Origin: Phaeosaccion multiseriatum
Lineage: Eukaryota; Protista; Ochrophyta, other classes
Assembly (NCBI GenBank): GCA_965112735.1
Contig: OZ218956.1
Coordinates: 2,728,001 to 2,792,000 of the forward strand
Length of the DNA stretch: 64,000 nucleotides
Direction of reading: 5' to 3'
Shown: piece after piece, positions 37,301 through 49,775 of the stretch
Numbering within the stretch: position 1 is the first letter of the stretch
Layout of the letters: every line of letters starts with the position of its first letter
Program-made: the position numbers and the translations under genes
The notes under the pieces: model-generated
Databases searched by the model: none
What the model was told of the DNA's origin: nothing
Seen by the model: the letters and a program-made list of their open reading frames with translations, nothing else

Positions 37301-37827
37301 GCTTCAGGGCTAGCGTGGATGCACTTGGCAGTGTAGTAGACTGACTCCCGACATCGCGAGAGGTATCGCTTGTGGGTGGCCTCTTCTTCGTCTGTCGGTG
37401 ATGCGCTTTCAGCCTGCGGGGATGGTGGCGGCTGTGGTATTGCTGGGGACGAGGGAAGGGCACTCCCACCACTCCCTTCCTGCATCTGGCGTACACTGGC
37501 ATACTCTGTCCGCTGAATCTCCTCTACCATGTCCTGGGCTAGGGCTTCTGCTGCTGCAAACGTCATCACGCCTGTTGCTGCTCCGTCGCCTTGCTCGTGA
37601 CCATCCACGTGGGGAGACATATCAGATACTGGCATACGGCTAACGAGCCGGCTTACCAGGTGCACTCGTAGCCTGTCTGGAAGGTCTCTTCCAATCGTCA
37701 TGGTGAAGCCCACCACCCCCCTCTGGATCAAAAGGCTGAAGGCTGCAGCTATAGAAGCACAAGCAGAAGAAAAGCTCAAGAATCTGGTGTTGGTGTGTCT
37801 GCTACTCCTCCTCTTCCTCTTCATCAT
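34361..37827 (-). CDS. SAMTOR/BMT2-like SAM-binding methyltransferase-fold protein
   Basis: Exons 37827-37078, 36679-36034, 35884-35810, 35128-34882, 34490-34361, in phase. Motifs LLDVGSCFNPF, ALDLCPADPSVYTCDFL, FDVCVLSLVLSYVP, RELL..GLLLIV, W...VESLGF..YASL...AMAF follow the order of animal SAMTOR (C7orf60) as I recall it. Confidence 0.85.
35155..35418. repeat. (GAG)n/(GGA)n microsatellite in an intron of the SAMTOR-like gene
   Basis: Seen directly; lies between the donor at 35809 and the acceptor at 35129. Confidence 0.9.
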
Positions 37828-38442
37828 AGTGTCTCCTTCTTCATCTTGTGTACAACTCGTAAGGAGCGAGGTGTGGTGGTGGGAAGGCATTTCTAAAAGT
37901 AATATTTGAGTTTCCGCTTTCCCGAAAATCAGGGGGGGCGACCTCGGCCCCCTACCCTTGTGGGAGACAGGGAAAGCACACCATGAAATACTTTAAAATT
38001 AACCTCTCTATCCTCTAATGCACCATACATGTAGTAGCGCTCTCGCGAACCTCTCCTGCCTTCTTCTTCACTACTTGTTCCTCCTGCTTACTCTCCACTC
38101 CCCTCTTTCTCTGCCTCCTGCATACTGCCTACAACTGCCATGATCTTCGAGCCTTAACCCCTGAACGTGCCTTCACTTCAGAGACGCGTGTCCACACAAC
38201 GCCCCAGCAGCGTGGTCCCAATGCTCTCCCCCCTCCCTCACAAGCTCATAACTTAAGTGTCATCCTTTGCTGTTCAGTTCATCACCGACGTGTGTGGTGC
38301 TTCGAGTGGGGTTCCCACCGCACCCAAAAGCACCCCAAACACGCAAACAACGACACCCAAGAGCATGACCTACTGCCGAATGGCCCCATGCTCTAACTGA
38401 CCCAATGCTGACTAACTAACTAACCAACTCAGTGACCGAAAG

Positions 38443-41400
38443 CTAATGCCCCTCCTGCATGGCTCCATGCGTGCCAACCGCAGCAAAGACCACCCCAGCG
38501 AGGAGTAGCAGCTTGTTGAACGAAGCCTCGCTGAACACCCCGCCCTTACCCTCGCGCTTCAGGAGCTTGAGGTTTAGCACGGCGGGGATGATAAAGTTGG
38601 CGATGCTGCCCAGCACGGCGCCGATCAAGCCTGGGAGGGGGGTGGGGAGAGCCGTATTATATAAGGTGGGAGGGGCAGAAGAAGCAGGCAGTAGCGGTAA
38701 GTAGTAGCAACAGTATCAGGGGGCGTCAGAAGTAGACGAGCAGAAGCACCGAGGGAGGGCCCAAATGGGAGGAGAGGCAGCGCAGAAGAGGAAGAGGGTA
38801 AAGGGCGCCCCGGGAGAGAGAGAGAGAGAGAGGCAGGAGAGACTTTCCTGCCGCGCTGGGCTATGCCCACCACCACCACCACCACCCGTTTGCCCGTCGA
38901 GACCTTCGCCGATGTCCGTCTGGGGCACAGTCCGACTCTCTCTCTCCTGCTCTGTAAGCCTCTTTTGTCTTTTCTTGCCCCCTCTCCTGTTCTCTATGCC
39001 TCACCCCCCCCGTCCCTCTCACTCTCTCTCTTTCCTTCTCCCTCGCCTCCCCCCTTCTCTTCCCTTACCGACGACAATGGCGATGTCCTCCTCGCCCCTT
39101 CCGCAAGCAATGGTGGTGATGATTGCCAGAAGCGTAACACTCAGCGTTGTCTGGAGAGTCTTATCCTGCAGGAAGCGACTGGCCAGACCCTTGGTTGAGG
39201 AGAACTGAAGCGACGAAGCAGGGGCGGGCGGGGTAGGGGCGCAAACGGAAGAGACGTTCGCAGGAGAGAAGGGAGGACCCGCCCCACAACGATCAATTAC
39301 AAACACATGTGGCAAAGGCGAAGAGCGGGGCACGGGATGTGAGCGAGGGGCTGCGAAGAAGAGCGATCAAGGAAGACCGCGATAGACCGCCATTTCGCTT
39401 CTCTTTGCGCCTTCCATCCTCACACCTCCCTTCCCCCCTCCGACTTGTTCCCCATTCCCCCCCAACCCCATCCTCCGTGTACCTTGCTGAAGACCTCATG
39501 CCCGGCGTTGAAGAAGCTTGTCTTGAGAGCGCTGAACATGAGTGGGTAGCCGCACAGGATGGCGCACCCCGTCGCGAGGCGAGCCAGCCCGGCCAGTTGG
39601 TCATCCGTGCGATGGTAGTTGTTGAGCAACAGTGGCTGGGGTAGGGGCAGAGGCAGGGCAGGCGGCAGGGTAAGGTGATGGGAGTGACTGACTGTGAGTA
39701 AGGAAAGTCAATGAAATGAGTGAACAAAGTCACTGAAGGGATGAATGTGAGGTGTGAGTGACTGACTGACCAACCTGGCAGGCGGCCCCGAAGGTTCGGA
39801 AACCCATGAGCATCATGGTGCTGAACACAAGCATGGACACGCCTATCGCTGTGCCGATGCCCCTCTGTTGGGGGGGGAGGGAGGGAGGGAGGAGGGAAGG
39901 AGGGACGGAAGGAGGGAGGGAGGGGGAGAGAGAGGGAGAGAGGAGGGAAGGAGGGAAGGAGGGAGGGAGGGAGGCAGGGAGGGGAGCGTGGGTAGGGTAA
40001 GTAAGATGATGACAGACGATGACGTATGAACGAACGACTGATGACGTACGTACCCTGAATCTTTGCACGCTGCGGCCCTCGAGCTCCTCGTAGTACTTAA
40101 CTCCGTTATAGTGCGCCATGAAGGCCACACTGGCCATGTTCATCAGCGTCACCAGCCCGGGCCCCACCTAAGCATAGCATCGCATGATGGCAAGTGGATG
40201 GGGGGCTTTAGGCCACAGCCAGCGCGCTCGCTGCCCTTTCTCTCTGTTTCCATTTCATCACTCCCTATATCTCATCTTTCCTCTCTCTCTCTTTCTCTTC
40301 CCTCCCTCCCTCCCTCCCTCTTTCCTCTCCACTCCCCTCCCCTCCCCTCCCCTCACTTACCCTGTAGAGCCCGACGGTGGCCCAGGGGTCGGCATCGGGC
40401 GTCCTAAACTTTTCTGCGATGAGGTCGAAGAACTTGCCCCCCTCAGCGTAGGTCCCGTCCACGCTGCGCAAAACAACAAAGCCGACAGTGTAGAAGATGG
40501 CCACCAGACCGCCGAAGCTTGTGTACTGGGAACACACACAACAGAGGGATCCACAGAGTCGACCACAGACAAGAATTCAGGTTGGCGAAAAAGACAGATA
40601 CTGTAGAAAAAGGGCAAAAAGGGAGGTGCGAGCGCTGTCAAGTCAAGGGAGCGGCCTCCAACGGACAGGAGCTGTGAATAGCGTAGCATTTTGCTCTTCA
40701 AAAGTACTCAGCGCTCCGGCACTGGAGCCGCGCCCCTCGCTCCCCCTCTCCCCCTCTCCCCCTCTCCCCCTCCTCCTCGCTCTCGCCTCCCCCTCGCATC
40801 GCCCCCCCTTCGCCCTCTCCTCCCTACTGAGGGTCGTACCTTAAGGGCGCTAAGGTTCTTCATGAGGCACAGGGGGAGAATGGGGAACATACTCAAGGCG
40901 CACAGCACCGCCGCTCTGCCGGACAGCTCGGCGGGGATGCTCTTCAAAGACCCCACGAGAGAGCCGAACAGGTCTCCGACGAAGGCGCTGTAAAACACGC
41001 AGCAGCCGAACGCCAGCACCTAAGGGCAGGGGGCAGGGCAGGGTGGAGGACAGCGTGGTGGGGAGAGAGAGGGAAGGTCAGACGGACGGAAGGAAAGACA
41101 GACCAGGCAGACGTGCCGAATTGGGACGTGGAGTGGAGTGGAGTAGTAGATCCCACGGATTGCCGAGGGCAGGGACAAAGGGCAGGTGGGTACATGGCAG
41201 TGAGCGGGCAGGCAGCAGAAGCCAAAGAGTGGAAAGAATCAGCGTGGTGGAGAGGTGTTCCGTGGTGTGTATGTGTGTGTGTGTATGTGTGTCTCTGCTT
41301 GTGTGTTCCTCTGTTTGTGCATATATATCGCGTCCAAGCGAATGCAGAGGCTCTGAACGTCCCAGACAGCCCCTCGACGCACTGATGCACAGATGCATCG

Positions 41401-42070
41401 ATGCACGCACCGCAATGGACGCTTCGACAAGCCAGGCAGTCCTGGTGCCGACAAGCTCCGTCCACAGCCCAGCGAAGCTCCACTGCTTCGTCTTGTCACA
41501 CGCGCGGCCAATGCTCACAAGCGTGTAGGTTGACAAGACGGCGAATATGGTCAGGAGGCCCGGGGCGATGGCCAGGCCGGTGCCTTCGAGTGCGGCCATG
41601 CCAAACGCCACGGGCAGCATACCGTGCGGGCACAGGTCGGCAACGAGGTTAATGATGAATGTGGTGAGGCTCATCTCGCCTTCAGGATCCGCGGCTACGG
41701 CCTGGGGCTTGGCCCTGCCTCCGCCCCTCAGCAGACTTGCAGGACAGGCAAACCCTTCTTGTTGATCACATCGGGACTTCCTCAGAGCAGGGGCCGCCAA
41801 GGGGGTCTCCCCACCACCTCGATACCTGACGCAGGCACAAGGAGCGGTAAGTAGGCGCATAGCGGGGTCAGGGAAGGAATTAGGGTTAGGGTTAGGGTTA
41901 GCGAAGGACGGGTTGCTTCTTTAGGACATGACTCACCTGGTCCAAGACGGCTGCACCTGGGATCCAACATTGAGCTTCTGCAGGGAAGCGGCACTCGCGC
42001 GCTGCACTTCCGGAAGCGCCAGCAGCACTGCAGCAGCAGCAGCTGCGCTAAGTCTCCTGAGCACGGCCAT
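38443..42070 (-). CDS. Amino-acid transporter, AAAP/SLC38-like (Aa_trans) family, with N-terminal signal peptide
   Basis: About 9 exons with multiple TM helices: IINLVADLCPHGMLPVAFGM, GCCVFYSAFVGDLF, ILPLCLMKNLSALK/YTSFGG, AFMAHYN, MGFRTFG, LNNY, GYPLMF, IGAVLGSIANFIIPA. Confidence 0.88.
41880..41901 (+). repeat. Interstitial telomere-type repeat (TTAGGG)3TTAG inside intron 1 of the transporter
   Basis: Seen directly. Confidence 0.75.
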
Positions 42071-42178
42071 GATGATGATCTGAGAGGAAGATGATCCGCC
42101 TTCGGCCACTTCGCTGACTTATCCGACCCCTGACCCTCTCATGATGATACCTTAAGTCAATAAGTCTCTGCAAGGCGG

Positions 42179-42218
<40 letters not shown>

Positions 42219-42297
42219 TCTCTGTGTGTGTTTCTACCCCCCCCGCTTCTCTCCCTCCCTCTCTGCCTCTTTCTGCTTCTTTCCCTTTTCTTCTCCT

Positions 42298-45200
42298 ATG
42301 AGGGGAGGTGTAGCATCTGTGCTTGGTCGTCTGCGCACAAGCTCTGTTGCTGCTGAAGGATGGAAACGGGCACGGCGACGGACAGCCCCGAGAGCCAACC
42401 TCTCTCTCTTGTCCGAGCAGAAGCAGAAGGAGGGGACGCAGCGGCAGCAGCAGCAGCAGCAGCAGCAGCAGCCGCAGCGACAGCAGCAACAGCACAAGCC
42501 GCGGGTCGCGAATTCGAAAGGGCGACAGCTCGCTCTTATGCAGCAGCTGAAAGACGTCCAGGCTCAATCCTCGGAAGTACCTCGGGCCCACAGAAAGGGC
42601 CTGAAAAGGAAGAGGGAAAGTGGAGGAGAAGAAGACGAGCGTGCCGAGCAGCTGGCCCGGCAGTGCTGCAGCCGAGTTGCAGCGTTGCTCTCCGACGCAA
42701 AGGCCCAGGGTATCCCGCTCAACAAATACCATTATGGCTCTGCCCTGGCCACCATCACCCGCTGCGGGAGGTGGCGCGGAGGCCTCCAACTCCTCCATGA
42801 GATGAAGAGCGTGAGACAGCCCGTGCACTCCACGTGCCTAGACAATGTACTCGTGGCCTGCAAGCACGCACAGCAGCTGGAGTACGTGGTCGACTTATCT
42901 CTGGAGCTGTTCCGGACGGGGAAAGCTGACGTGGTGACGCTCGAACACGCCCTTTCCGCATGTGCAATGGCTGGCGACCCCGATACGGCTATGCAGCTTC
43001 TGGCCACTATGTCCTCGTTGAAGCAGCACATGGCTGCCAAGAGAGGCGTTGGGGTAGGCGTTGGTAGTACGCTGGGGTACTTGGGTCAGCCAAGAAGGGT
43101 GGAGGACACGCAGGAGGCCGAGGACAACGCCCGTCGTATTCCCAGTCCCTACCCGGCCGGCGAGACAATGGCAGGGGCAGGGGGGCCGGGGGGCATAGAC
43201 AAGTGTAGGCCCATTCGTCCCTCGGACAGGTGCTTCGGTAGCCTTGTCAACGCCTTCAGGGCGGCGAATCGGCCCGCAGAGGCCACACGCACCGTCCCGC
43301 CCCTCGTCGACAAGGCAGGGCTGCAGCAAAGTGTTGAGGTATGCGTGCCCCTCATCTTGGCCTGCGGTGAGGCGAATGAGGCGCAAGCGCAGGCCTTCGA
43401 TGCTGCTGCTGCTGCCGCCGCTGCTGGTGCTGGTGGTGCTGCTGGTGGAAGTGGTGGCGGAGCAGGAGTGTCGATAGACGAGTGGGATAGAGCGGCGAGT
43501 GGGCAGCCCGATGAGGAGCATGTCATTGTAGGGGGGAAAGGGGAAGGGGAAGGGGAAGGAGGGATTGGGTGGATGCAAGTGCAAGGAGGAAGTGTCACGG
43601 GGTGGGCAGAGGAGGTGCTCGGGCTCGTGGCGGGCATGAAAAAGTCCGGACAGACGCCGCCGGATGAGTTCCTCTACAGCGCCGCCATCAGCACGCTGGG
43701 CAAGCTGGGGGACTTCCAAAGCGCCATGAGACTCTTCCGTGAGATTGAGATGGAGCTGCCGCTGGTGCAGGAGGGGGAGAGGGGCGAGGGCGGAGGGCGA
43801 GGAGGAGGACAGAAGGTCGGGCGCTTCAGGCACGGCGCGTGCTACACCGCTGCCATCCAGGCTTGCATTCGCACCCGCGCCCCCCCGAAAGAGGCCCTTA
43901 CCATCGCGCGGAGTCTGCAGCGAAGGGGAGGAGCTGAAGGGGCTGCACTGGATGGTCGGGCTGTGGGGTCAGTGCTGGCGGCGCTGGGGCAGTCGGGGCT
44001 GTATGATGAGGCCTTGCAGCTGTTGGAGGAGGCCATGAAGGCGGAGAACAGCGAGGACAGGCCGGATGCGTCCACGTTTGTGTGGGTGGCCCATGCCACG
44101 ACGAGAGGAGTCGAGGCTTTGGAGCAGCAGCCGCATCTCTTCGTCGATGGGGCAGCAGCAGCAGCAGCAGGAGGAGGAGGAGTAGGAGCAGCAGCAGCAG
44201 CAGCAGGAGTAGGAGCAGGAAGACGAGAGGCGAAAACTCAGAAAGGTGGGCAACAGGGTGATTCCAATGGAGGCCTTCTATCGGAGGAGTGGGCGGAGGA
44301 GGTGGGGGAGGGTATGAGTATGTCTCTGCCCTCCAACCTTCGCTCAGACTGGAGAAGCCAGCGGCTGGCGAGCAAGGAGCGCAGGGAGGCGGCCTGCAGA
44401 GCGCTCCTCTCCATGAAGGACGCGATGCTCGCCGCAGGAGCCGCACTGGACGCGTTTAATTTGACTGTCCTCATCGACCAATGCGGCAAGGCGAACCTGC
44501 ACACAGAGGTTAGTTTAGTCTTAGTTGGTCACTATGCAAAAGCCTCCCTCAACCCCGCTACCTGCCCACTTTCCGCTCACTTCTACCCCCTAGCAACTCT
44601 CTACCCACCCGCTGTTCAACCCCAGTAAGTCACTATCCGCCCTTAAACCCACTCCCAACCTCAATTAGTAGTCCCTATCCACCCATTCTAAACCCCCAGC
44701 TCGCAACAATCCACCAACTATCAACCCACTATCAAACCCCACATTGTATTAGTATCGTACCTATCCACCCACTTTCGCCCCCCTGTCCACCCCAGGCCCT
44801 GGCCCTGCTGACAGAGATGCGAGACAGCGGTGTCAGGCCTGATGTGGTGGCCTATGGAGCGCTCCTTTCCTCCTGTGCTAAGGCCTCGGACCTCGACGGC
44901 ACTATGCGAGTGCTCGGAGAGATGAGGGAAGACGGGATACAGCCAAACGAGGTAGGTGGCAGATGGGCGTGAACATAGACAGCTAGGTAGGTAGGTGGGT
45001 AGGTAGGTAGGTAGGTAGGTAGGTGGGTGGGTAGTTAAGTAGGTAGTTGGGATTTAAGTAGGTAGGTAGGTAGGTAGGTAGGTAGTGAAGTGGGTAGGTA
45101 GGTGGTTGGGTGGCGAAGTAGGTAGGTTGGTAGTTGGGTAGTTAAGTAGGTACTTGGTTGGTAGGTAGTTGGGTAGTCAAGTAGATAAGTAGTTGAGTAA

Positions 45201-46270
45201 GGAAGTGAAGTAGGTAGGTCGGTCTTTGGTAGGAATTGTAGTCGTGCCGTCCTGACTGATTGCCTCCTTTTGCTCATGTTCAAGTGTTGCTCTTGTTTGT
45301 TTGAATATGGTATGATTTCTCCAACCGACCCCAAAGGCTACACACGCACACACGCACACAAACACACAGCGCTTTCATCCGCACCACCCCGTGTCTGTCT
45401 TTCTTTCTTTCTTTCTTTCTTTTTTTCTTTCTTTCGTTTCCGTGGACCCCTCTCCCTCCCCTCCACCCTCACTTCCTCCCACTCCCGTCCTCAATTTTTC
45501 TCATCTCCGCTCCCCCCGCCTCTCTCTCTCCCCCCCCGAAACAAACACTACACAAAATCAAACCCAAAGGAGTGCTACAGCGCAGCGATTGCCGCCTGTG
45601 CAGTCACGGGCCAAGCTGACACCGCCCTCCACCTCCTCAATCGCCGCCACGTGGAAGGCCTCGAGGCCAACCCCGTGTGCTACGGCGCCGCCATGAGCGC
45701 CTGCCTCAAGGGGGGTATGCAGGAGGAGACCCTCGGTTTGTTTCAGGACATGAAAAACCTTGGCCTCGCTATAAGTCAGCCCAGTTTCACCACCGCCATC
45801 AAGGCGGCCCTGGACTTGGGAGACGAGGACAAGGTGGTTGAGTTTGTGCAGGAAATGAGGAACAAATTCTCTCCTCATCCCTCTCCCTCTCGTGGTGTTG
45901 ATCATGTTGGAGGAGGTGTGGGCGGCCTCGCGGGCCCCTCGGGCCTCGGCGGCGGTGGCGGCGGCGATGATGATGATGGTGGTGGTGTCGGTAACGGCTT
46001 TGTGGGGTTGGATAAGGCGAGCTACAATGCGTGCATTCACGCCCTGCAGGAGGTGGGGGAGGAGGAAGCGGCAGATGCGCTCTTTTCCGAGGCATACACG
46101 AGGGGTCTCTTTCTCTACTGGCGCAGGGAGGAGGTGCGGGGGGAGGGGGGGGGTAAGGTCTATCGGATGTCCGAAGAGGCAAGGGGAAGAGATGGCTGGT
46201 TGGTTGACTTTCACGGGGGATTCACAGTTGCCTCGACCAAGGCGGCTCTGCGCCACATGATGACGCAGCT

Positions 46271-46305
<35 letters not shown>

Positions 46306-46508
46306 TGGCGATACGGCAGCAGCAGGGGGAGGAGGAGGGGGAGGAGGCGGAGGGGGATGGGGACGACTTGCTCACAATCGTGACCGGGAGGGGCGAGCTG
46401 AATGGTGTGGTGTGGCGGTACACGCAGGAGAAGCTGGGGCTGCAGCCGAGGCACGTGGAGGGCAACCCGGGCAGGCTCCAAGTACGGCGGGTGTCAGGAC
46501 GGGGGTGA
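42298..46508 (+). CDS. Second PPR-SMR protein (degenerate PPRs), probable mitochondrial presequence
   Basis: Exons 42298-44508, 44796-44951, 45570-46508, all phase 0. PPR motifs: PDEFLYSAAISTLGKLG, PDVVAYGALLSSCAK, NPVCYGAAMSACLKGG. SMR: VDFHGGFTV...TIVTGRG...NPGRL. N-terminus MRGGVASVLGRLRTSS. Confidence 0.85.
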
Positions 46509-46883
46509 GGACGAGGAGGCCAGTGGCCAGAAGAAGTAAAGCCTATGGATGAGGGAATAATGTTTCATGTCTTTAAGCTCTTATTTTTTTTCTTCTTTCT
46601 CGTTCTGCTCTACCTGCAACTCAGGATTATACTCTTGTACGGTACCCAATAATGCTCGCGTGTGGCCACAGCAGCGCGGTGCTGTTTTCCTTACTCAGCT
46701 CCTTCCTATAAACGTTCACTCATATTACATACACTGGCACACACTACATGGACTTCCGAGCCCCTCCGCTTTGCCCTCATCACGGCACCCCATCCCACGG
46801 CTCCTTCATGTTACTTCCTCTCTGCCTCATCACCAAGAGCTTTCTTGTGAAGCCCCTAGCGCGAGAGAGTGAGCCTGCCCTGC

Positions 46884-47937
46884 CTAGCTGATGGCGATTC
46901 TCTTGGTGGCACGCGCCTCGGGGGACTTCTTGTTGAAGGTCAGCTTCAGCACGCCGTCGCTGATGGGTGGAGAGGGGAAGCGGCGCGGGAGGGAGGGAGG
47001 GAAGGGAGGGAAGAGAGGGTCAGCATCGAGGGGTTCCAATCCATCGCAATCGTATCGCTCGTACCTTTGGTAGTCCGCCTTGACCTTCTCGGCACTCGTG
47101 TTCTCGGGGAGGATAAAGGACCTCTTTACCGGCCCAGTCCTTCTCTCGGAGAAGTGGACCGTCCCGCGGTCTTCAGCTTTTTCCTCCTTCCGCTGGGCGC
47201 ACACTGTCAGAGGCAAACAGGGGTGAGGCAGCAGGCTGACGAAGCGGGGCAGCAAAATCCATACCTGTGAGCATGTGGCTCTCGTCGTTGAAGTCCACAG
47301 CGATGTCCTCCTTCCTACAGCCAGGAAGATCAGCTGAAGAGAGGGTCGGAAGGGGGGGGATTGCTGGGGATGAGATTGGGAAAATCGAGGCTCAGGTCAC
47401 TCAGTCTACACACATACCCAGCACGAGGATGTTGTCATCCGTCTCCGTGACGTCCGCTTTCATTCCAGTGAAGGACGCTCGGCGCCCAGTTCCCGTCGAC
47501 AAGCCGAGATCGGGAGCGGTGATGACCATGTCCAGATCTGCCCAAGAGAGTGGGAAGGACACAGTTTAGCAGCGTTCTGAAGAGAGGACAGTGAGAGTGC
47601 TGGGGGAAAGATCATGAGGAGAGCGAGAAGGAGAGAAGGGAGCGGAGAAGGAGAGCGGAGAGTGGAGAGGAGAAAGCGGAGAGGAACTTCAACTTGTCCT
47701 TCCTCATCTCATCAACCAGCCATCATCACTCCTCCCCTCACTCACCGTTGAACAGGTCCGTCATGTTACGGAAGAGATCCAGCTGGCCCTGTGTGGAGCA
47801 GAGGAGCAAGAGGAGCAAGATGAGGATGGAGCATGAAAGGGCGGACCCACCGCCAAAAGGACTTCTCCCTTTTCCGTCTCAAGCAAGCACGACGCCTGCC
47901 TTACCAGCTGGGGGCGATTGCGTCCTTGAGAAGACAT
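46884..47937 (-). CDS. HSP20: Small heat-shock protein (HSP20, alpha-crystallin domain), copy A
   Basis: 6 exons giving MSSQGRNRPQL/GQLDLFRNMTDLFN/...ADVTETDDNILVL/ADLPGCRKEDIAVDF.../...ERRTGPVKRSFILPE.../DGVLKLTFNK...KRIAIS*, with the IXI motif. Confidence 0.92.
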
Positions 47938-48105
47938 TGCTGGTATGCTGTTGTTAATAGGTAGCGGTTTGCTTTCTTGCGATATCTAGAGCCTTTTGTA
48001 AAGAGGGTTGTGATTTCTTTACTTCGTAACAAAAGGTTCTAACCCCCCCCCCCCTGGGTGTTCCAGATCACGAGGGGAGGCCCCTTCTGCAGGCCCCTTC
48101 CGCTC

Positions 48106-49457
48106 TTAGTAGGACGCCACAACGTCGATGGAGGTCATGGAAGTCGTGCTTGGAGGGCCATTCTTGGCGAAGCTCAGCGTGAGAAGGCCGTCCTCACTGG
48201 AGGGCAGGCAGGCAGGCAGATAGATACGCAGACAGGCAGGCAGATAGGCTCGCATACAGGCAGGCAGATAAAATATAATCAGGGTCGTTGATGCGTCTGA
48301 GCGCCTCTCTCAGAGGACCACGCGTCACAGCAAAGAACCAACGCTCTTACCTGAGCTGAGCCTCGACCCCCTCCGCCGACCTGACCTCGCGTGGGAGAGA
48401 GAGACTGCTCGGCTTGGGAGGAAGAGCTGCGGCGCACGATGGTCGAGCATGTGAGTGTGGGGGGGGAGAGAAGAAGAATGCATTGGAGTCGAAAAGAGAG
48501 AGGACTAGGTACTGCCTGCTTGCTGGCGCGGCTACTCGGAAGCAAATTCGTGACCCATAGTCTCACTCCCGTTCAGGCACGCCTCCTCGCCTTGCTGACT
48601 TGGAGGTGAGCTGACTCCCGCGCATTCGAGTCGCCCGGCTCTCCCTTCCACCGACCACCTGCGTGCACATGTACCTGGAGAACTCGGTATGGAAGGAGCG
48701 CTCCACCTGGACTCTGACGACGTTCGTCCTCGCGTTGTACTGCACGCTGTTGTTTGGTTGTGTGTGCACAAAAGCGGGACAGGAGAGGGGGTATACTTAG
48801 ATACGTCGTTACCCCGCGAGCAGGAGGTGGCGAGCGAACACAAGACGACCCCCGGCACCATTGGCTTCGCACCTGATATCCTCTCTATGCACCTGGCCGA
48901 GAAATTGGGCCGTCACCAGGACACTGTCGGCCAGCTCTGCGAGCAGGCAAGCAAGGCACCAAAGAGTATGCGCGAATGAAGAAGAGCGAGTCCATCAGTC
49001 CAGGCTGCGGAGCTAGAGGAACTTATTCAATGAGTACTACGCACCCGAAAGGCCCATCGTCATAGAGAAATCACTTCCGCTTCTGCCACCGCCGTCACCG
49101 CCATCGCCTTGGTCCCCACTGGCCCACTGGCCTGCGCTGCTCCAAGCCGACCCGTGAAGTCGACACCAGCAGAGCCTAGCGGGGGTCAGTCACTAAGATA
49201 AAAGCACGCAAGGGACAGGAGTGAGGGAGTGAGTAAGGCCCCCCTGTTAGGGAGACAGCCTCCGCCCCCCCTCGTAAATCGTAACTCGGCTCGACTCACT
49301 TTCATGAACATTGTCCATCATGATGGGGAGGAAGAGCGGAGTGAGTTGACAGTTAGTCCATGCATCGACGTCAATACGTCAATAAGAAGTAACTCAAGCA
49401 AAGTTGCATACCGCGTAGGGGGAGGCCCAAAGGGATTGGCGGGCGGACCTTGGCCAT
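48106..49457 (-). CDS. Divergent small heat-shock / alpha-crystallin-domain gene (third cluster member; may be a pseudogene)
   Basis: Exons give MTMGLS/ELADSVLVTAQFLGQVHREDIS/VQYNARTNVVRVQVER.../LSLPREVRSAEGVEAQLS/EDGLLTLSFAKNGPP...SIDVVASY*, which aligns to ACD strands and ends in an IXV motif. The start and one internal junction are uncertain. Confidence 0.65.
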
Positions 49458-49775
49458 GATATTTCTTATCCTTATTTTGCACCCCCAATAATAAACTATA
49501 CCAAAATGTGTCTGCGTATGTGCGTGTGTGTTCGCAAGCCGGCCCTTATCACTACTACTTGCTTGCCTTGCTCTGCCTTTCCACACCCCTCCCCCGATAT
49601 ACACTTGGGCTTTCCAGCCCCTCCCCTTTGCCCCCACGGCAGGCCATCCCTCAGCCCCCCCCCGGCGCTCTCAGGTTACGGTTACGACCTCGCTGCCTCA
49701 TCGCCGGACGAATGCACCACCGCTCTCTGCCTCAACGCCGGACGACAGCCAAGAGGTCGAAAGAGGCTTCCCTGC

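Noticed and set aside
38370-38400. U6 snRNA-like ATGGCCCC
   Set aside because: No ACAGAGA box or other U6 features nearby.
47938-48100. Heat-shock elements upstream of the HSP20 copies (also checked 50868-51070)
   Set aside because: Only isolated GAA/TTC triplets; no correctly spaced triple nGAAn array seen.
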